Assembly (NCBI GenBank): GCA_041645215.1
Contig: JBAZQK010000008.1
Coordinates: 1,744-65,743 of the forward strand
From: Patescibacteria group bacterium
Lineage (GTDB): Bacteria; Patescibacteriota; Patescibacteriia; Veblenbacterales; UBA10138
DNA length: 64,000 bases
Reading direction: 5' to 3'
Positions 8,790 through 18,229 of this stretch are shown piece by piece. A model generated the notes under the pieces. That model worked only from the letters and a program-made list of their open reading frames with translations, ran no database searches and was not told where the DNA came from. The position numbers and the translations under genes are program-made. The number at the start of each line of letters is the position of its first letter. Within the stretch, counting starts at the first letter, position 1.

Positions 8790-9250
8790 AAAAAACAATA
8801 ATAACAATTTTATCATTAGTTATTTTAATTGGAAGCTTTCTTATTTTTTATAAAAATCGTCCATTAGAACAAAAGAAGCCAGTTATTAATCAGACAGATC
8901 AGCAAACGAGCACGAAACAAAATTGGGAATCAAAAATTGATGATCAAACGGCGGTCACCGTTACCATCACTCCCACTGATATTTTGTCCCAATCAAAAGA
9001 GTGGAAATTTAGTATAGTCATGGATACTCATTCGGTTGAATTGGATCAAGATTTAATAAAGTCAGCTATTCTTATAGATGATATGGGGAAAGAATATAAA
9101 CCGCGCAATTGGGAAGGACCAGTCGGTGGTCATCACCGAGAAGGCGTGTTGGTGTTCAACGCTATTCAACCAATGCCAAAATCGGTCGAAATCAAAATTA
9201 AGGATGTCGGCGGAATTCAGGAGCGATCCTTCAAATGGGATTTGAAATAA
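8786..9250 (+). CDS. Hypothetical signal-anchored extracytoplasmic protein
   Basis: 154 aa; N-terminal TM then soluble beta-rich domain with GGHHREG. Confidence 0.45.
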   Translation: MKKTIITILSLVILIGSFLIFYKNRPLEQKKPVINQTDQQTSTKQNWESKIDDQTAVTVTITPTDILSQSKEWKFSIVMDTHSVELDQDLIKSAILIDDMGKEYKPRNWEGPVGGHHREGVLVFNAIQPMPKSVEIKIKDVGGIQERSFKWDLK

Positions 9251-9259
9251 ATCCAATTT

Positions 9260-9961
9260 ATGTCAAAAATAACAAAAATAGTCTACGTAGTCCTGTTCAT
9301 TATTCTCCTCTTAATGCCCCATTTCAGTAGGCATGTAGGAGATATTTCCCAAGCTTATGTGGAATCGATTGTTATGCTGGTTATTTTTGGAATTGCATAT
9401 TTGACATACTTTTTAAACAAATACGAGTTACGTAAACACGAAGAGCAAACTCGTAAATTGGAACAAAATTTACAGATATCTGAACAAAAACTATTAGAGT
9501 CGTTTGAGTACATCGGCACGGTTAACCGCCGACTTCCCCTTTTTAAGAATTTGAGCAGCGACCTTTTAGATAACAATCAGTTTACTAAAAAGTATAAAAA
9601 GGGTATTTTTGATAACCTTCTTGCCACCGCTGTAATTTCTATCGCCCAAGCAAAATGGGGCGTATTCCGATTTGTGGAAGTGGCTAAACAGCGAACCGTG
9701 AGGGAGTTCATTTTTGCTCCTAAAAATTACGTTTTATTAACTCAACGAATCGGAAATAAGGATTTGATTGTTTGTCGCAACGATGACAGTAATATCAAAA
9801 AGGTTGGCAACTTTTATATTATTCCTACCTCAGACCAAGTTGCGCTAATTCAAAATTTTCTCATCTTGCCCCAATCGGATACGGATTTTGGAGAAGAATA
9901 TCCAATACTGCGGGCGATTACAGACCAAGCTCAGTTATTTTATAAATATTTATTTACATAA
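9260..9961 (+). CDS. Hypothetical membrane-anchored protein
   Basis: 233 aa; two N-terminal TM helices then soluble domain. Confidence 0.4.
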   Translation: MSKITKIVYVVLFIILLLMPHFSRHVGDISQAYVESIVMLVIFGIAYLTYFLNKYELRKHEEQTRKLEQNLQISEQKLLESFEYIGTVNRRLPLFKNLSSDLLDNNQFTKKYKKGIFDNLLATAVISIAQAKWGVFRFVEVAKQRTVREFIFAPKNYVLLTQRIGNKDLIVCRNDDSNIKKVGNFYIIPTSDQVALIQNFLILPQSDTDFGEEYPILRAITDQAQLFYKYLFT

Positions 9962-9973
9962 TTTTAAAAATCT

Positions 9974-12340
9974 ATGAACCAACACAATCATAATGCAATG
10001 CAAAAAGAAGAAGGAATAATATACACTTGCCCTATGCATCCGGAGGTGCGGAAAACTGAACCCGGCAAATGTCCGGGCTGTGGTATGGATTTAATTCCTG
10101 AAAAGAAAAAAATAATTACCAATGTTGATAAACATGCCGACCATGACATGCAGAAAATCAGTCATGCTGATCATGAGACAGCAATGACCAATCCGCAAAT
10201 GGCCAAAGCTATGGAGAAAGATATGCGAAAAAGATTTTTTATTTCCTTCTTGCTTTCCATTCCGATTTTTCTCTATTCGCCGGTCGGTACGAACATTCTG
10301 GGTATTGCGCTACCGTCGCCAATTCCAATCAACTGGCTGCTTCTTATCCTGACGACGCCAATCGTTTTTTGGACAGGTTCAATTTTTATCACCGGTACCT
10401 ATTACTCCCTCAAGGCCAAGAAGCTCAATATGGCCGTCTTGGTCGCTACTGGTGTTTTGGCCGCGTATCTCTTTAGCGTGCTTCTCACCTTGATTCGGCC
10501 GGACAGTGAGACCTTTTATGAAGCGGCAGCTTTGCTTGTTACTTTCGTCTTATTCGGCCACTGGATGGAAATGAAATCTCGGCGGGGCACTTCGGATGCG
10601 CTCCGCACGCTTTTCGATCTTGTTCCGCCCAAGGCAAATGTTATTCGGGGAGAGAAAGAGATAACTATTCCCAGCGCGGAAATTGTTAAAGGGGATATTG
10701 TTGTCATCCGGCCCGGCAATAAAATTCCGGTAGACGGCGAGGTGGTGGAAGGGGAGACATATATTGACGAGTCATTAGTGACGGGAGAATCGCTGCCGGT
10801 GCACAAAAAATTAGGCGGCAGTGTCGTCGGCGGGTCTATCAACCAGAACGGTTCAGTTAAATTCAAAGCGACAAAAGTGGGAAGTGACACGGTTCTCGCC
10901 CAAATTATAAAAATGGTGGAAACTGCGCAGAACTCTAAAGCACCGGGCCAGCGCCTTGCCGACACGGCGGCCGGGTGGTTGGTTATAGTGGCGATCGGCT
11001 CGGGACTGGCGGCGTTTTTCGGGTGGTATCTCGGAGCCGGAGTGGGACTTATAACCGCTCTGACGTTTGCGGTATCAACGGTCGTGATCGCTTGTCCGGA
11101 TGCTTTGGGGCTCGCTACGCCGACCGCTGTCGCCGTGGGAACCGGCATCGGTGCCAAGCACAATATTCTCATCAAGGACGCGACCACGCTGGAAAAAACA
11201 TCAAAGATCAACGCCATGATTCTTGATAAAACAGGGACATTGACAAAAGGCCAACCCGAAGTCACAGACATCGTTTCGTTTCTTGAGAGAAAGGACAAGG
11301 GAACCCAAACGCGAATTCTTCAAATTGCCGCTTCCATAGAAAAACAATCCGAGCATCCGCTCGCTCGAACGATCGTGGATAAGGCTTCCCGGGAAGGGAT
11401 TGACCTTTTCTCGGTTTCCAAGTTTGAAGCCGTAGCGGGCCACGGGGTGAAGGGATTTATCTTGGAGTCGGCGGCCGGTTTAGGGAAACAGTCATTGCCG
11501 CCGCTGGCTACGGCAGTACAGCGTGAAGCCGAGGCTAGGCGTGTTCCAAAATCTACTATCAATGATTTTAAAGTTCAACCCGGCCATGGATTGGAGGACA
11601 GACTTGCGGACGGGGGACACCTCGTGCTTTTAGGGAACGAGCGCCTTATGGAAGTTCACAAAATAAACCTTGATCTTGAGATGCGCCAAGAAATGGAGCG
11701 GTTGCAAAGCGAAGGCAAAACGGCGATGCTTCTGGCTTTGAATAACGATATTATTGGTGCCGTGGCGGTCGCGGATACCGCTCGCGAAAATTCAAAGAGG
11801 ACTATTAATGAGTTGAAACGGATGGGCATTGAGACGATTATGATAACGGGAGATAATCAGCGGACCGCCAAAGCGATTGCGAAACAGCTCGGCGTGGATC
11901 GGGTGTTTGCCGAGGTTTTGCCCGCCGAAAAGGCAAACTGGGTAAAGAAACTTCAGAGCGAAGGCAAATTTGTGGCAATGGTCGGAGACGGCATCAATGA
12001 CGCTCCAGCATTGGCACAATCGGATATCGGTATTGCTATCGGAGCCGGGACCGATGTCGCCATAGAAACTGGCAACATTGTGCTCATGAAATCAGATCCA
12101 TACGACATCGTGGCGGCTATACGCCTTTCAAAAGCAACAGTTACCAAGATGAAGCAGAATCTGTTCTGGGCGGCCATTTACAACGTGCTGGCCATTCCGG
12201 TTGCCGCCGGCGTGTTCTATAATTCCCTCGGCTGGTCGCTTCGGCCGGAAATAGCCGCGCTCCTTATGTCAGCGTCGTCAATTATTGTGGCCACCAATGC
12301 AGTGCTTCTCAAACGAGTCGAGCCCCGCCTGCGTCAATAG
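9974..12340 (+). CDS. copA: Heavy-metal (copper-type) translocating P1B-type ATPase with N-terminal CxxC metal-binding domain and His-rich stretch
   Basis: 788 aa; YTCPMHPEV...CPGCGM N-terminal metal-binding domain; HADHDMQKISHADHE; TGES, CPD (TM6), DKTGTLT, GDGINDAPAL P-type motifs. Confidence 0.9.
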   Translation: MNQHNHNAMQKEEGIIYTCPMHPEVRKTEPGKCPGCGMDLIPEKKKIITNVDKHADHDMQKISHADHETAMTNPQMAKAMEKDMRKRFFISFLLSIPIFLYSPVGTNILGIALPSPIPINWLLLILTTPIVFWTGSIFITGTYYSLKAKKLNMAVLVATGVLAAYLFSVLLTLIRPDSETFYEAAALLVTFVLFGHWMEMKSRRGTSDALRTLFDLVPPKANVIRGEKEITIPSAEIVKGDIVVIRPGNKIPVDGEVVEGETYIDESLVTGESLPVHKKLGGSVVGGSINQNGSVKFKATKVGSDTVLAQIIKMVETAQNSKAPGQRLADTAAGWLVIVAIGSGLAAFFGWYLGAGVGLITALTFAVSTVVIACPDALGLATPTAVAVGTGIGAKHNILIKDATTLEKTSKINAMILDKTGTLTKGQPEVTDIVSFLERKDKGTQTRILQIAASIEKQSEHPLARTIVDKASREGIDLFSVSKFEAVAGHGVKGFILESAAGLGKQSLPPLATAVQREAEARRVPKSTINDFKVQPGHGLEDRLADGGHLVLLGNERLMEVHKINLDLEMRQEMERLQSEGKTAMLLALNNDIIGAVAVADTARENSKRTINELKRMGIETIMITGDNQRTAKAIAKQLGVDRVFAEVLPAEKANWVKKLQSEGKFVAMVGDGINDAPALAQSDIGIAIGAGTDVAIETGNIVLMKSDPYDIVAAIRLSKATVTKMKQNLFWAAIYNVLAIPVAAGVFYNSLGWSLRPEIAALLMSASSIIVATNAVLLKRVEPRLRQ

Positions 12341-12539
12341 ACTTCCGCCGGCGCGCTGGCCAGCCAGGGGATTTCTGCTGCAGCCAGCCGCAACCGCTGT
12401 TTTAATGTCGTTGTTAACTGTTATTGTGGCTGTAAATGCTGTATTATTAAAGAAGAAGAATTTAAGCTAATAAGGACTTACGCATTTGACCATTGAGGCG
12501 CATAAATCGGCAGATGCTGAAACAAGCTAATAAGGTTTT

Positions 12540-12995
12540 ATGATGATTTATTATTCCCGGCTGATTAAGACAATAGTGGGCGCGCTGTTAGCGGTAATTG
12601 TGTTTAGCGTTGGACTATTGGGACCAATCAGTATGGCTAAAGCGATGAATCAGTGCTCGGCCTGCGCGGTTCAAACCAGCCACTCCACCGCTTGCGACCT
12701 GCCAGCCGGCGGCGGCTTATGCTATCAGTTTCATCAGGGCATTATCAACAGTTTGTCTAACAGTCTGCCAGCCAATTTAAAGTTGCTTATTTTAGTTTGG
12801 TCAATAGGGGCTTTATTTTTTATGGGGCGCTATTTAGGCAGGGAAAAATGGGTTGTCAAGATACGCCTTAGATTTAAACAATTAATTATATTAGCCAGCC
12901 AAATTTGGCAAAAACAATTTGGTCAGTGGTTAAGTTTGCGTGAGCAAAAGAGTGATACCAATCTCACCTTAACGCTGGTGCATAGTTATTCTTAA
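12540..12995 (+). CDS. Hypothetical membrane protein
   Basis: 151 aa; N-terminal TM; Cys-rich CSACAV...CDL...CYQF. Confidence 0.35.
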   Translation: MMIYYSRLIKTIVGALLAVIVFSVGLLGPISMAKAMNQCSACAVQTSHSTACDLPAGGGLCYQFHQGIINSLSNSLPANLKLLILVWSIGALFFMGRYLGREKWVVKIRLRFKQLIILASQIWQKQFGQWLSLREQKSDTNLTLTLVHSYS

Positions 12996-13068
12996 TAGCT
13001 GGTTGATACCAGAGCAAGATTCTATGCGCCAAGTTTAGGTGTGTTTTTATTTATTTTATAGTTAATTT

Positions 13069-13617
13069 ATGATGCAGTATTCCTATTATTCTTGTCAATA
13101 TAATAACCGACCAGGCAGTTCGCTTAGTTGGTTAATCGTGGGTATAGGTTTGTTTATAGCTTTGGTGGTGGTAGCTTTGGTAGCTTCGTCGCCGTCAACC
13201 CCCAACCAGTCAGCAGTTAGTCAAAAAAGTAAGCCGTCGCAATTGACGGTAGCGGAAACTAAATTTGATTTTGGCACGATTTCCATGGCCGCCGGCCAGG
13301 TTAGTAAAATTTTCAAGCTGCAAAACACCACTGACCAGCCGGTAATTATTGAGAAACTTTACACCTCGTGTATGTGCACAACAGCGTTATTGTTGATAGG
13401 TGATAATCGCTTTGGACCATTTGGTATGCCGGGGCATGGAGCCGTACCGGCAGTTAATCAGATTTTGGCGCCCGGCGCGGCGGCTGATATTGAAGTTGTG
13501 TTTGATCCAGCGGCTCACGGTCCGGCGGGTATAGGTTTTATTCAGCGCGATGTTATTGTTGAGTCGGGCGATGGCGGTCGTTTAAGTTTGGCGTTCACCG
13601 CCCAAGTAACTCCGTAA
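13069..13617 (+). CDS. DUF1573-like secreted protein
   Basis: 182 aa; signal anchor; FDFGTIS...YTSCMCT resembles the DUF1573 (SCGCT) motif. Confidence 0.5.
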   Translation: MMQYSYYSCQYNNRPGSSLSWLIVGIGLFIALVVVALVASSPSTPNQSAVSQKSKPSQLTVAETKFDFGTISMAAGQVSKIFKLQNTTDQPVIIEKLYTSCMCTTALLLIGDNRFGPFGMPGHGAVPAVNQILAPGAAADIEVVFDPAAHGPAGIGFIQRDVIVESGDGGRLSLAFTAQVTP

Positions 13618-13624
13618 AACGCTT

Positions 13625-14413
13625 ATGAAACACAAAAAATTATTTACCCTGGCGGTTGTTTTGGCAGTTGGTTTTGGATTGTTGTGGTTTTTAAAAGTTA
13701 GTCCCGGCGCGACCGGACTAGTCTGGCAATTATCAGCGGGCGGGACCAAACTTTTACCACTAGTCTCAATTGCCGCTTTGGTTGACAGCGTTAATCCGTG
13801 CGCGTTTTCTATTTTGTTGCTGACAATCGCCTTTTTATTCGCGCTCGGGACTTTTAACCGTCAGCGAATCCGGCAAATCGGCGGCGCTTATATCTTTGGT
13901 ATTTTCATGGCCTATTTAGCTATTGGTTTGGGGGTATTGGGGGCATTGCATTTGTTTAATACTCCTCATTTTATGGGTCGGCTGGGAGCCTGGTTACTAA
14001 TCGCCATGGGTGTTATCAACCTAATCAATCATTTCTTTCCAAGTTTTCCAGTTAAGTTGCGGATTCCCCGCGCGGCCCATAGTAAAATCGCGGACTTAAT
14101 GGAAAAATCATCTATCCCGGCGGTATTTGCCCTTGGTTTGCTGGTTGGGTTATGCGAGTTTCCTTGTACTGGCGGTCCGTATTTATTAGTGTTGGGATTA
14201 TTGCACGATGCTCAAACTAAGTTTATTGGTTTGGCTTATTTGATCTGGTACAACATATTGTTTGTTTTACCACTGGCCGGCGTGTTATGGCTGGCCAGCG
14301 AACAGACGGCGCTGGAGAAATTACAGTCCTGGAAGAAAGAAAATTTACAAGCCATGCGGTTATGGAGTGGAATTATTATGATCGCGCTTGGCGCTTTAGT
14401 GTTGGTTGTATAA
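13625..14413 (+). CDS. DsbD/CcdA-family thiol-disulfide transmembrane protein
   Basis: 262 aa, 6-7 TM; LVDSVNPCAFSIL and GLCEFPCTGGPY motifs. Confidence 0.55.
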   Translation: MKHKKLFTLAVVLAVGFGLLWFLKVSPGATGLVWQLSAGGTKLLPLVSIAALVDSVNPCAFSILLLTIAFLFALGTFNRQRIRQIGGAYIFGIFMAYLAIGLGVLGALHLFNTPHFMGRLGAWLLIAMGVINLINHFFPSFPVKLRIPRAAHSKIADLMEKSSIPAVFALGLLVGLCEFPCTGGPYLLVLGLLHDAQTKFIGLAYLIWYNILFVLPLAGVLWLASEQTALEKLQSWKKENLQAMRLWSGIIMIALGALVLVV

Positions 14414-14428
14414 TTAACGGTTTTCCAT

Positions 14429-14953
14429 ATGGCAGAATTATTATCACAAGCTGAATTAATACAAAAGATTACCAAGTTAAAAACTGACGGTACAATTGAT
14501 TTGTCAATGGAGGAAGATTTGAGTTTGGCGATTATGAACCTGGTCAGTTTGGAAGAGCATTTCTTTTTTACGGCCGCTAAAACCGGGCAAGACGAGTATT
14601 ATGATTTATTGCGGCAAACGCGGGAAATTAGAAAGAGTTTGTTGGCTAAAATGATAAATCAGCACGAGGGTGAAACTTGGTGCATTAGCAAGCACTTATT
14701 GGCGGCCACTATGCGTTTGATTGAGGTTGGCACCAAACTGCAGTCAAGCGACGCGATTGCGGCCAAAGATATGTTCGGTAAAGCCTATGAGCTGTATTCA
14801 TTGTTTTGGGCGTTGCGGCTAAAATTAATTGATATAACCGGCTTAAAAAAAATAAATGACCAACAAATTAATAAACACGATGTCAGTTCGCGCGACGCCC
14901 CGTGGAGTAAGGCGGATATAGTTAGGCAGTTAGTAGATTGTTGCGATGAATAA
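14429..14953 (+). CDS. Hypothetical cytoplasmic protein
   Basis: 174 aa, helical, no TM. Confidence 0.4.
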   Translation: MAELLSQAELIQKITKLKTDGTIDLSMEEDLSLAIMNLVSLEEHFFFTAAKTGQDEYYDLLRQTREIRKSLLAKMINQHEGETWCISKHLLAATMRLIEVGTKLQSSDAIAAKDMFGKAYELYSLFWALRLKLIDITGLKKINDQQINKHDVSSRDAPWSKADIVRQLVDCCDE

Positions 14954-14981
14954 CAAATTTAATTATTAGTAAATAAATAAT

Positions 14982-15983
14982 ATGAATAATCCTTTAGTTT
15001 TTTTACTTCCTCCAACCAAGCAATTGTTCCGACGGTTAATTCATAGTACATTGCTGGAGCGAGTCGGCCTAATAGCTATTATGATTTTGGTTTTTAATTT
15101 ATTTTTCGCGGTTGAAATATCAGTTACTCGTCAGCCGTTGCTTAATAAATTACTGGGTCGACCAGTCACTAACCAAGCAGTAGTTAAAGCCACCTTGCCG
15201 GCGGCGGGCAATGCGGCGGCCATTAATGATACCAATTTGGCGGCCAGTATTTTACCGCAGCAGGGCCTAAGCTTAGGGGTGTCGTGGGGAGATTTAGGCC
15301 AGCGGTTGGTGGAGGCGGGCGTTATTGACAGGCAAAAATTAGAAAGTCTTTATGCCAATAATACCGCGGCGTTACCAGTAATAACAAAATTATTAACGGA
15401 AAACAATGTTGAGCCATTAGTAATTTCGGCGGATAATTCCACTATTTTGCTTAATTTATTATGGGCGTTCGGGTTAGGCAATCAGAATGATATTTTGACT
15501 AAGGGTGAAATGACCGACACTCGTTATGGCGGGGCTGGCGGCTTTGCCTCCACCGGCGGTTGGACTCTTGCCAAGGGGAACGCGATGGATCACTATGCCA
15601 AGCATCAATTTGTGAAATTAACGCCGGAACAGCAAGATTTAGTTAGTCGTGTATCTAAAAACATTTATCGTCCGTGTTGCGGCAATTCCACTCATTTTCC
15701 GGATTGCAACCACGGGATGGCGATGCTGGGACTGCTGGAACTTATGGCTAGCCAGGGGGCTGATGAATCATTGATGTATCAATCAGCCTTGGCGGCTAAC
15801 TCATATTGGTTTCCTGATACTTATCTTACGATTGCCAAGTATTTACAAAAGCAAGGTAAGTTAGGTAAGGTTAACGCGCAGGAAATTTTAGGGGCGCAGT
15901 ATTCAAGCGCGACTGGTTATCAACAAATCTTAAGCCAAGTTGAGCCGGCTTCTAGCCAAGGCGGCTCCTCATGCTCACAGTAA
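14982..15983 (+). CDS. Hypothetical signal-anchored protein with Cys-rich C-terminal region
   Basis: 333 aa; RPCCGNSTHFPDCNHGMAMLGL. Confidence 0.4.
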   Translation: MNNPLVFLLPPTKQLFRRLIHSTLLERVGLIAIMILVFNLFFAVEISVTRQPLLNKLLGRPVTNQAVVKATLPAAGNAAAINDTNLAASILPQQGLSLGVSWGDLGQRLVEAGVIDRQKLESLYANNTAALPVITKLLTENNVEPLVISADNSTILLNLLWAFGLGNQNDILTKGEMTDTRYGGAGGFASTGGWTLAKGNAMDHYAKHQFVKLTPEQQDLVSRVSKNIYRPCCGNSTHFPDCNHGMAMLGLLELMASQGADESLMYQSALAANSYWFPDTYLTIAKYLQKQGKLGKVNAQEILGAQYSSATGYQQILSQVEPASSQGGSSCSQ

Positions 15984-16056
15984 ACTGTAAGCTGAATTAA
16001 ATAATAACAAAAATTTAAAACCAGGGAGTACAATACACTTCTTGGTTTTAAATTAT

Positions 16057-16224
16057 TAGGACTTACGCGCTTGCCGCTTTAGGGGCGGGCGCAGCCCGAC
16101 CCCTCAAGCGGCTTTGGCCAATTTCTTCGTTAAAACCTCTGCTTTTCGCTCACCGTAGTTTTACTACGGCTTGCTCAAATGCTCGGTTTTGCCTCGAACT
16201 TGGCTCAAACGCGTAAGTCCTAAT
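16057..16224. repeat. Long-range 14-bp perfect inverted repeat TTAGGACTTACGCG/CGCGTAAGTCCTAA enclosing ~140 bp of GC-rich structured sequence
   Basis: Read directly; internal hairpin CCGTAGTTTTACTACGG. Confidence 0.5.
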
Positions 16225-16419
16225 TATATTAGACCCGTTGCTTAATGAGTACTTTGGCTAAGGTTGGCCATAATTTCTAAAAGGCCTTAATAAGCAACAC
16301 ATCTATTATGTAATCGCATTTTTAATTATCCACAGGCTGGACTTGACCGTTATTTTTATTTGTGTTAACGTGTTAACACGTTGATACAAGATAAATAAGT
16401 CTTAATTTTACTGATATTT

Positions 16420-16710
16420 ATGAAAGCTGATAAAAAATGGGATAGCCCGGAGGCGGAGGAGCTTTATGGCGCTATTCTTAAGCTTAAAACCGCGGGCGAG
16501 TGTAAGCGTTTTTTTAGGGATTTGTGCACTCTATCTGAAATTGAGGCAATGATAGATCGTTTTCAGGTTGCCAAAATGGTAAAAAACAACATTCCGTATC
16601 GAGAAATTAGCGCCAAAACCGGCTCAAGTACTGCCACCGTCACCCGTGTGGCTCATTGGCTTCATCATGGGATGGGTGGCTATAAGCTGGCGCTTGAACG
16701 TATGAAATAA
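16420..16710 (+). CDS. YerC/YecD (TrpR-related) family DNA-binding protein
   Basis: 96 aa; EAMIDRFQVAKMV...REISAKTGSSTATVTRV HTH; family typical size. Confidence 0.7.
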   Translation: MKADKKWDSPEAEELYGAILKLKTAGECKRFFRDLCTLSEIEAMIDRFQVAKMVKNNIPYREISAKTGSSTATVTRVAHWLHHGMGGYKLALERMK

Positions 16711-16737
16711 GATCAATCAAGCACTTAAGTTTTAGTT

Positions 16738-16763
16738 ACCCGTTCAGATGAACGGGTTTTTTA
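16738..16763 (+). terminator. Rho-independent terminator after the YerC-like gene
   Basis: ACCCGTTCA-GA-TGAACGGGT followed by TTTTTTATTTT. Confidence 0.65.
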
Positions 16764-16786
16764 TTTTATCAATTAACTAATTATTA

Positions 16787-16874
16787 TGAACCCCGTTAGA
16801 AATTCAGTATTCAAACTGGATTTCTGCTGGGGCTAAAAAATGACTATGCTGACAAAAATTTCTAACGGGGTGAA
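16787..16874. mobile_element. CCCCGTTAGAA-TIR element copy b (short form, ATT subtype)
   Basis: TIR CCCCGTTAGAAATT (16791-16804)/AATTTCTAACGGGG (16857-16870); direct repeats TGAA 16787-16790 and 16871-16874. Confidence 0.75.
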
Positions 16875-18159
16875 CAAGATTCAACCAACAATTCTTAAGG
16901 GGACTCGCGATTTTCTTCCGCCGGAGATGATGCGGCGTAATGTTGTAATGGAAATTATCCGCAAGACGTTCGAACAGTTCGGCTATTCTCCAATTGAGAC
17001 ACCCATTATTTGTCCGGCTGAAACCATTTTAGGCAAATACGGCGAAGAAGGAGATCGGCTCACTTATTCATTCAAAGATCGCGGCGGGCGACTCATTGCT
17101 TTGCCGTATGATTTGACCGTGCCGTTCGCGCGGTTTGTCGCGGCTAATTATCAGGATTTACCTATACCATTCAAACGCTATCAAATTCAGCGTGTTTGGC
17201 GAGCAGAAAAGCCGCAAAAAGGCCGCTTACGCGAATTTTATCAATGCGATGTTGATATCATCGGATCAAAAAGCCTGGTCTGTGAAGCAGAAATTGTCAA
17301 AGTGATTACTGTAGTATTTGAGAAGTTAGGTGTTCCAAATATTACGATCAAAGCAAATTCAAGGCGATTGCTGAATGCGATATTGCAGTCTTATGGTGTC
17401 AATCAAAGCGAGATAATATCCACCATTCGCGTTATAGATAAAATCACCAAAGTTGGCGAGGAAAGTGTTATTTTAGAATTGCAAAAGATGGAAATAAACA
17501 ATGCCGAGAAGATAATCGAAACACTTAAATCAGAAGACACGAACAAAAACACGCTCAAAAAACTCTCCGAATATGACCTCTCCGAGTTGGAAGAATTTTT
17601 GTCATATTGCGGCGAGCTTGGTGTGCCAGAAAAGAATCTCCAGATTGATCCAACACTGGCAAGAGGACTTGATTATTATACCGGCCTCACCTTTGAAGTA
17701 GTTAGTGAAGATGCGGACTTCGGCTCAATCTGTGCCGGCGGCCGTTACGATAATCTCTGCGGTTTTTTTTCTGACAAGGATTTTTCCGGAGTTGGCGTTG
17801 CTTTCGGCTTTGAACGCATTATGTTGTTGCTCGAACAACTGAAACTCTTTCGCAGTAGCAATGCGCCTTCACAGGTTCTGGTAACCATTTTTGATGACAA
17901 TTCAATCAAGAATGCATTGCAAACGTATCGCCAGCTTATTGAGGCTAATGTTGCGGCGGAAATTTACTTTGAGCCGGAAAAATTATCAAAACAATTCAAA
18001 TTTGCGGACAAAAAACAAATTCCTTTTGTCCTGATTCAAGGACCGGAAGAACGAGAAAAAGGCGAAATTACAATCAAACGCCTGCAAAACGGCAAACAAA
18101 AAACTATACCTGTAAATCAACTTGTTTCTTATTTATCCAACTATTATGAACCCCGTTAG
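16840..18159 (+). CDS. hisZ: HisRS paralog; probable HisZ regulatory subunit, or a second HisRS
   Basis: Class II aaRS HisRS-like core (LKGTRDFLPPE, WRAEKPQKGRLREFYQCDVD) plus a C-terminal anticodon-binding-like domain. Lies immediately upstream of a short-form hisG. The listed ATG 16840 lies inside the TIR element; the homology-consistent start is GTG 16871 at the element junction. The stop is supplied by element c. Confidence 0.6.
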   Translation: MTMLTKISNGVNKIQPTILKGTRDFLPPEMMRRNVVMEIIRKTFEQFGYSPIETPIICPAETILGKYGEEGDRLTYSFKDRGGRLIALPYDLTVPFARFVAANYQDLPIPFKRYQIQRVWRAEKPQKGRLREFYQCDVDIIGSKSLVCEAEIVKVITVVFEKLGVPNITIKANSRRLLNAILQSYGVNQSEIISTIRVIDKITKVGEESVILELQKMEINNAEKIIETLKSEDTNKNTLKKLSEYDLSELEEFLSYCGELGVPEKNLQIDPTLARGLDYYTGLTFEVVSEDADFGSICAGGRYDNLCGFFSDKDFSGVGVAFGFERIMLLLEQLKLFRSSNAPSQVLVTIFDDNSIKNALQTYRQLIEANVAAEIYFEPEKLSKQFKFADKKQIPFVLIQGPEEREKGEITIKRLQNGKQKTIPVNQLVSYLSNYYEPR

Positions 18160-18229
18160 AAATTCAATACGGATAACACGTTTTAAGATCTATGAAACTA
18201 CAAAAATATACAATTTCTAACGGGGTAAA
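18147..18229. mobile_element. CCCCGTTAGAA-TIR element copy c (short form, ATT subtype)
   Basis: TIR 18151-18164 / 18212-18225; flanks TGAA / TAAA (one mismatch). Confidence 0.7.

Noticed and set aside
10516-12177. Minus-strand and out-of-frame ORFs inside copA (10516..11298, 10975..11226, 11201..11562, 11792..12177)
   Set aside because: They overlap a P-type ATPase gene that has every catalytic motif, so they are shadow ORFs.
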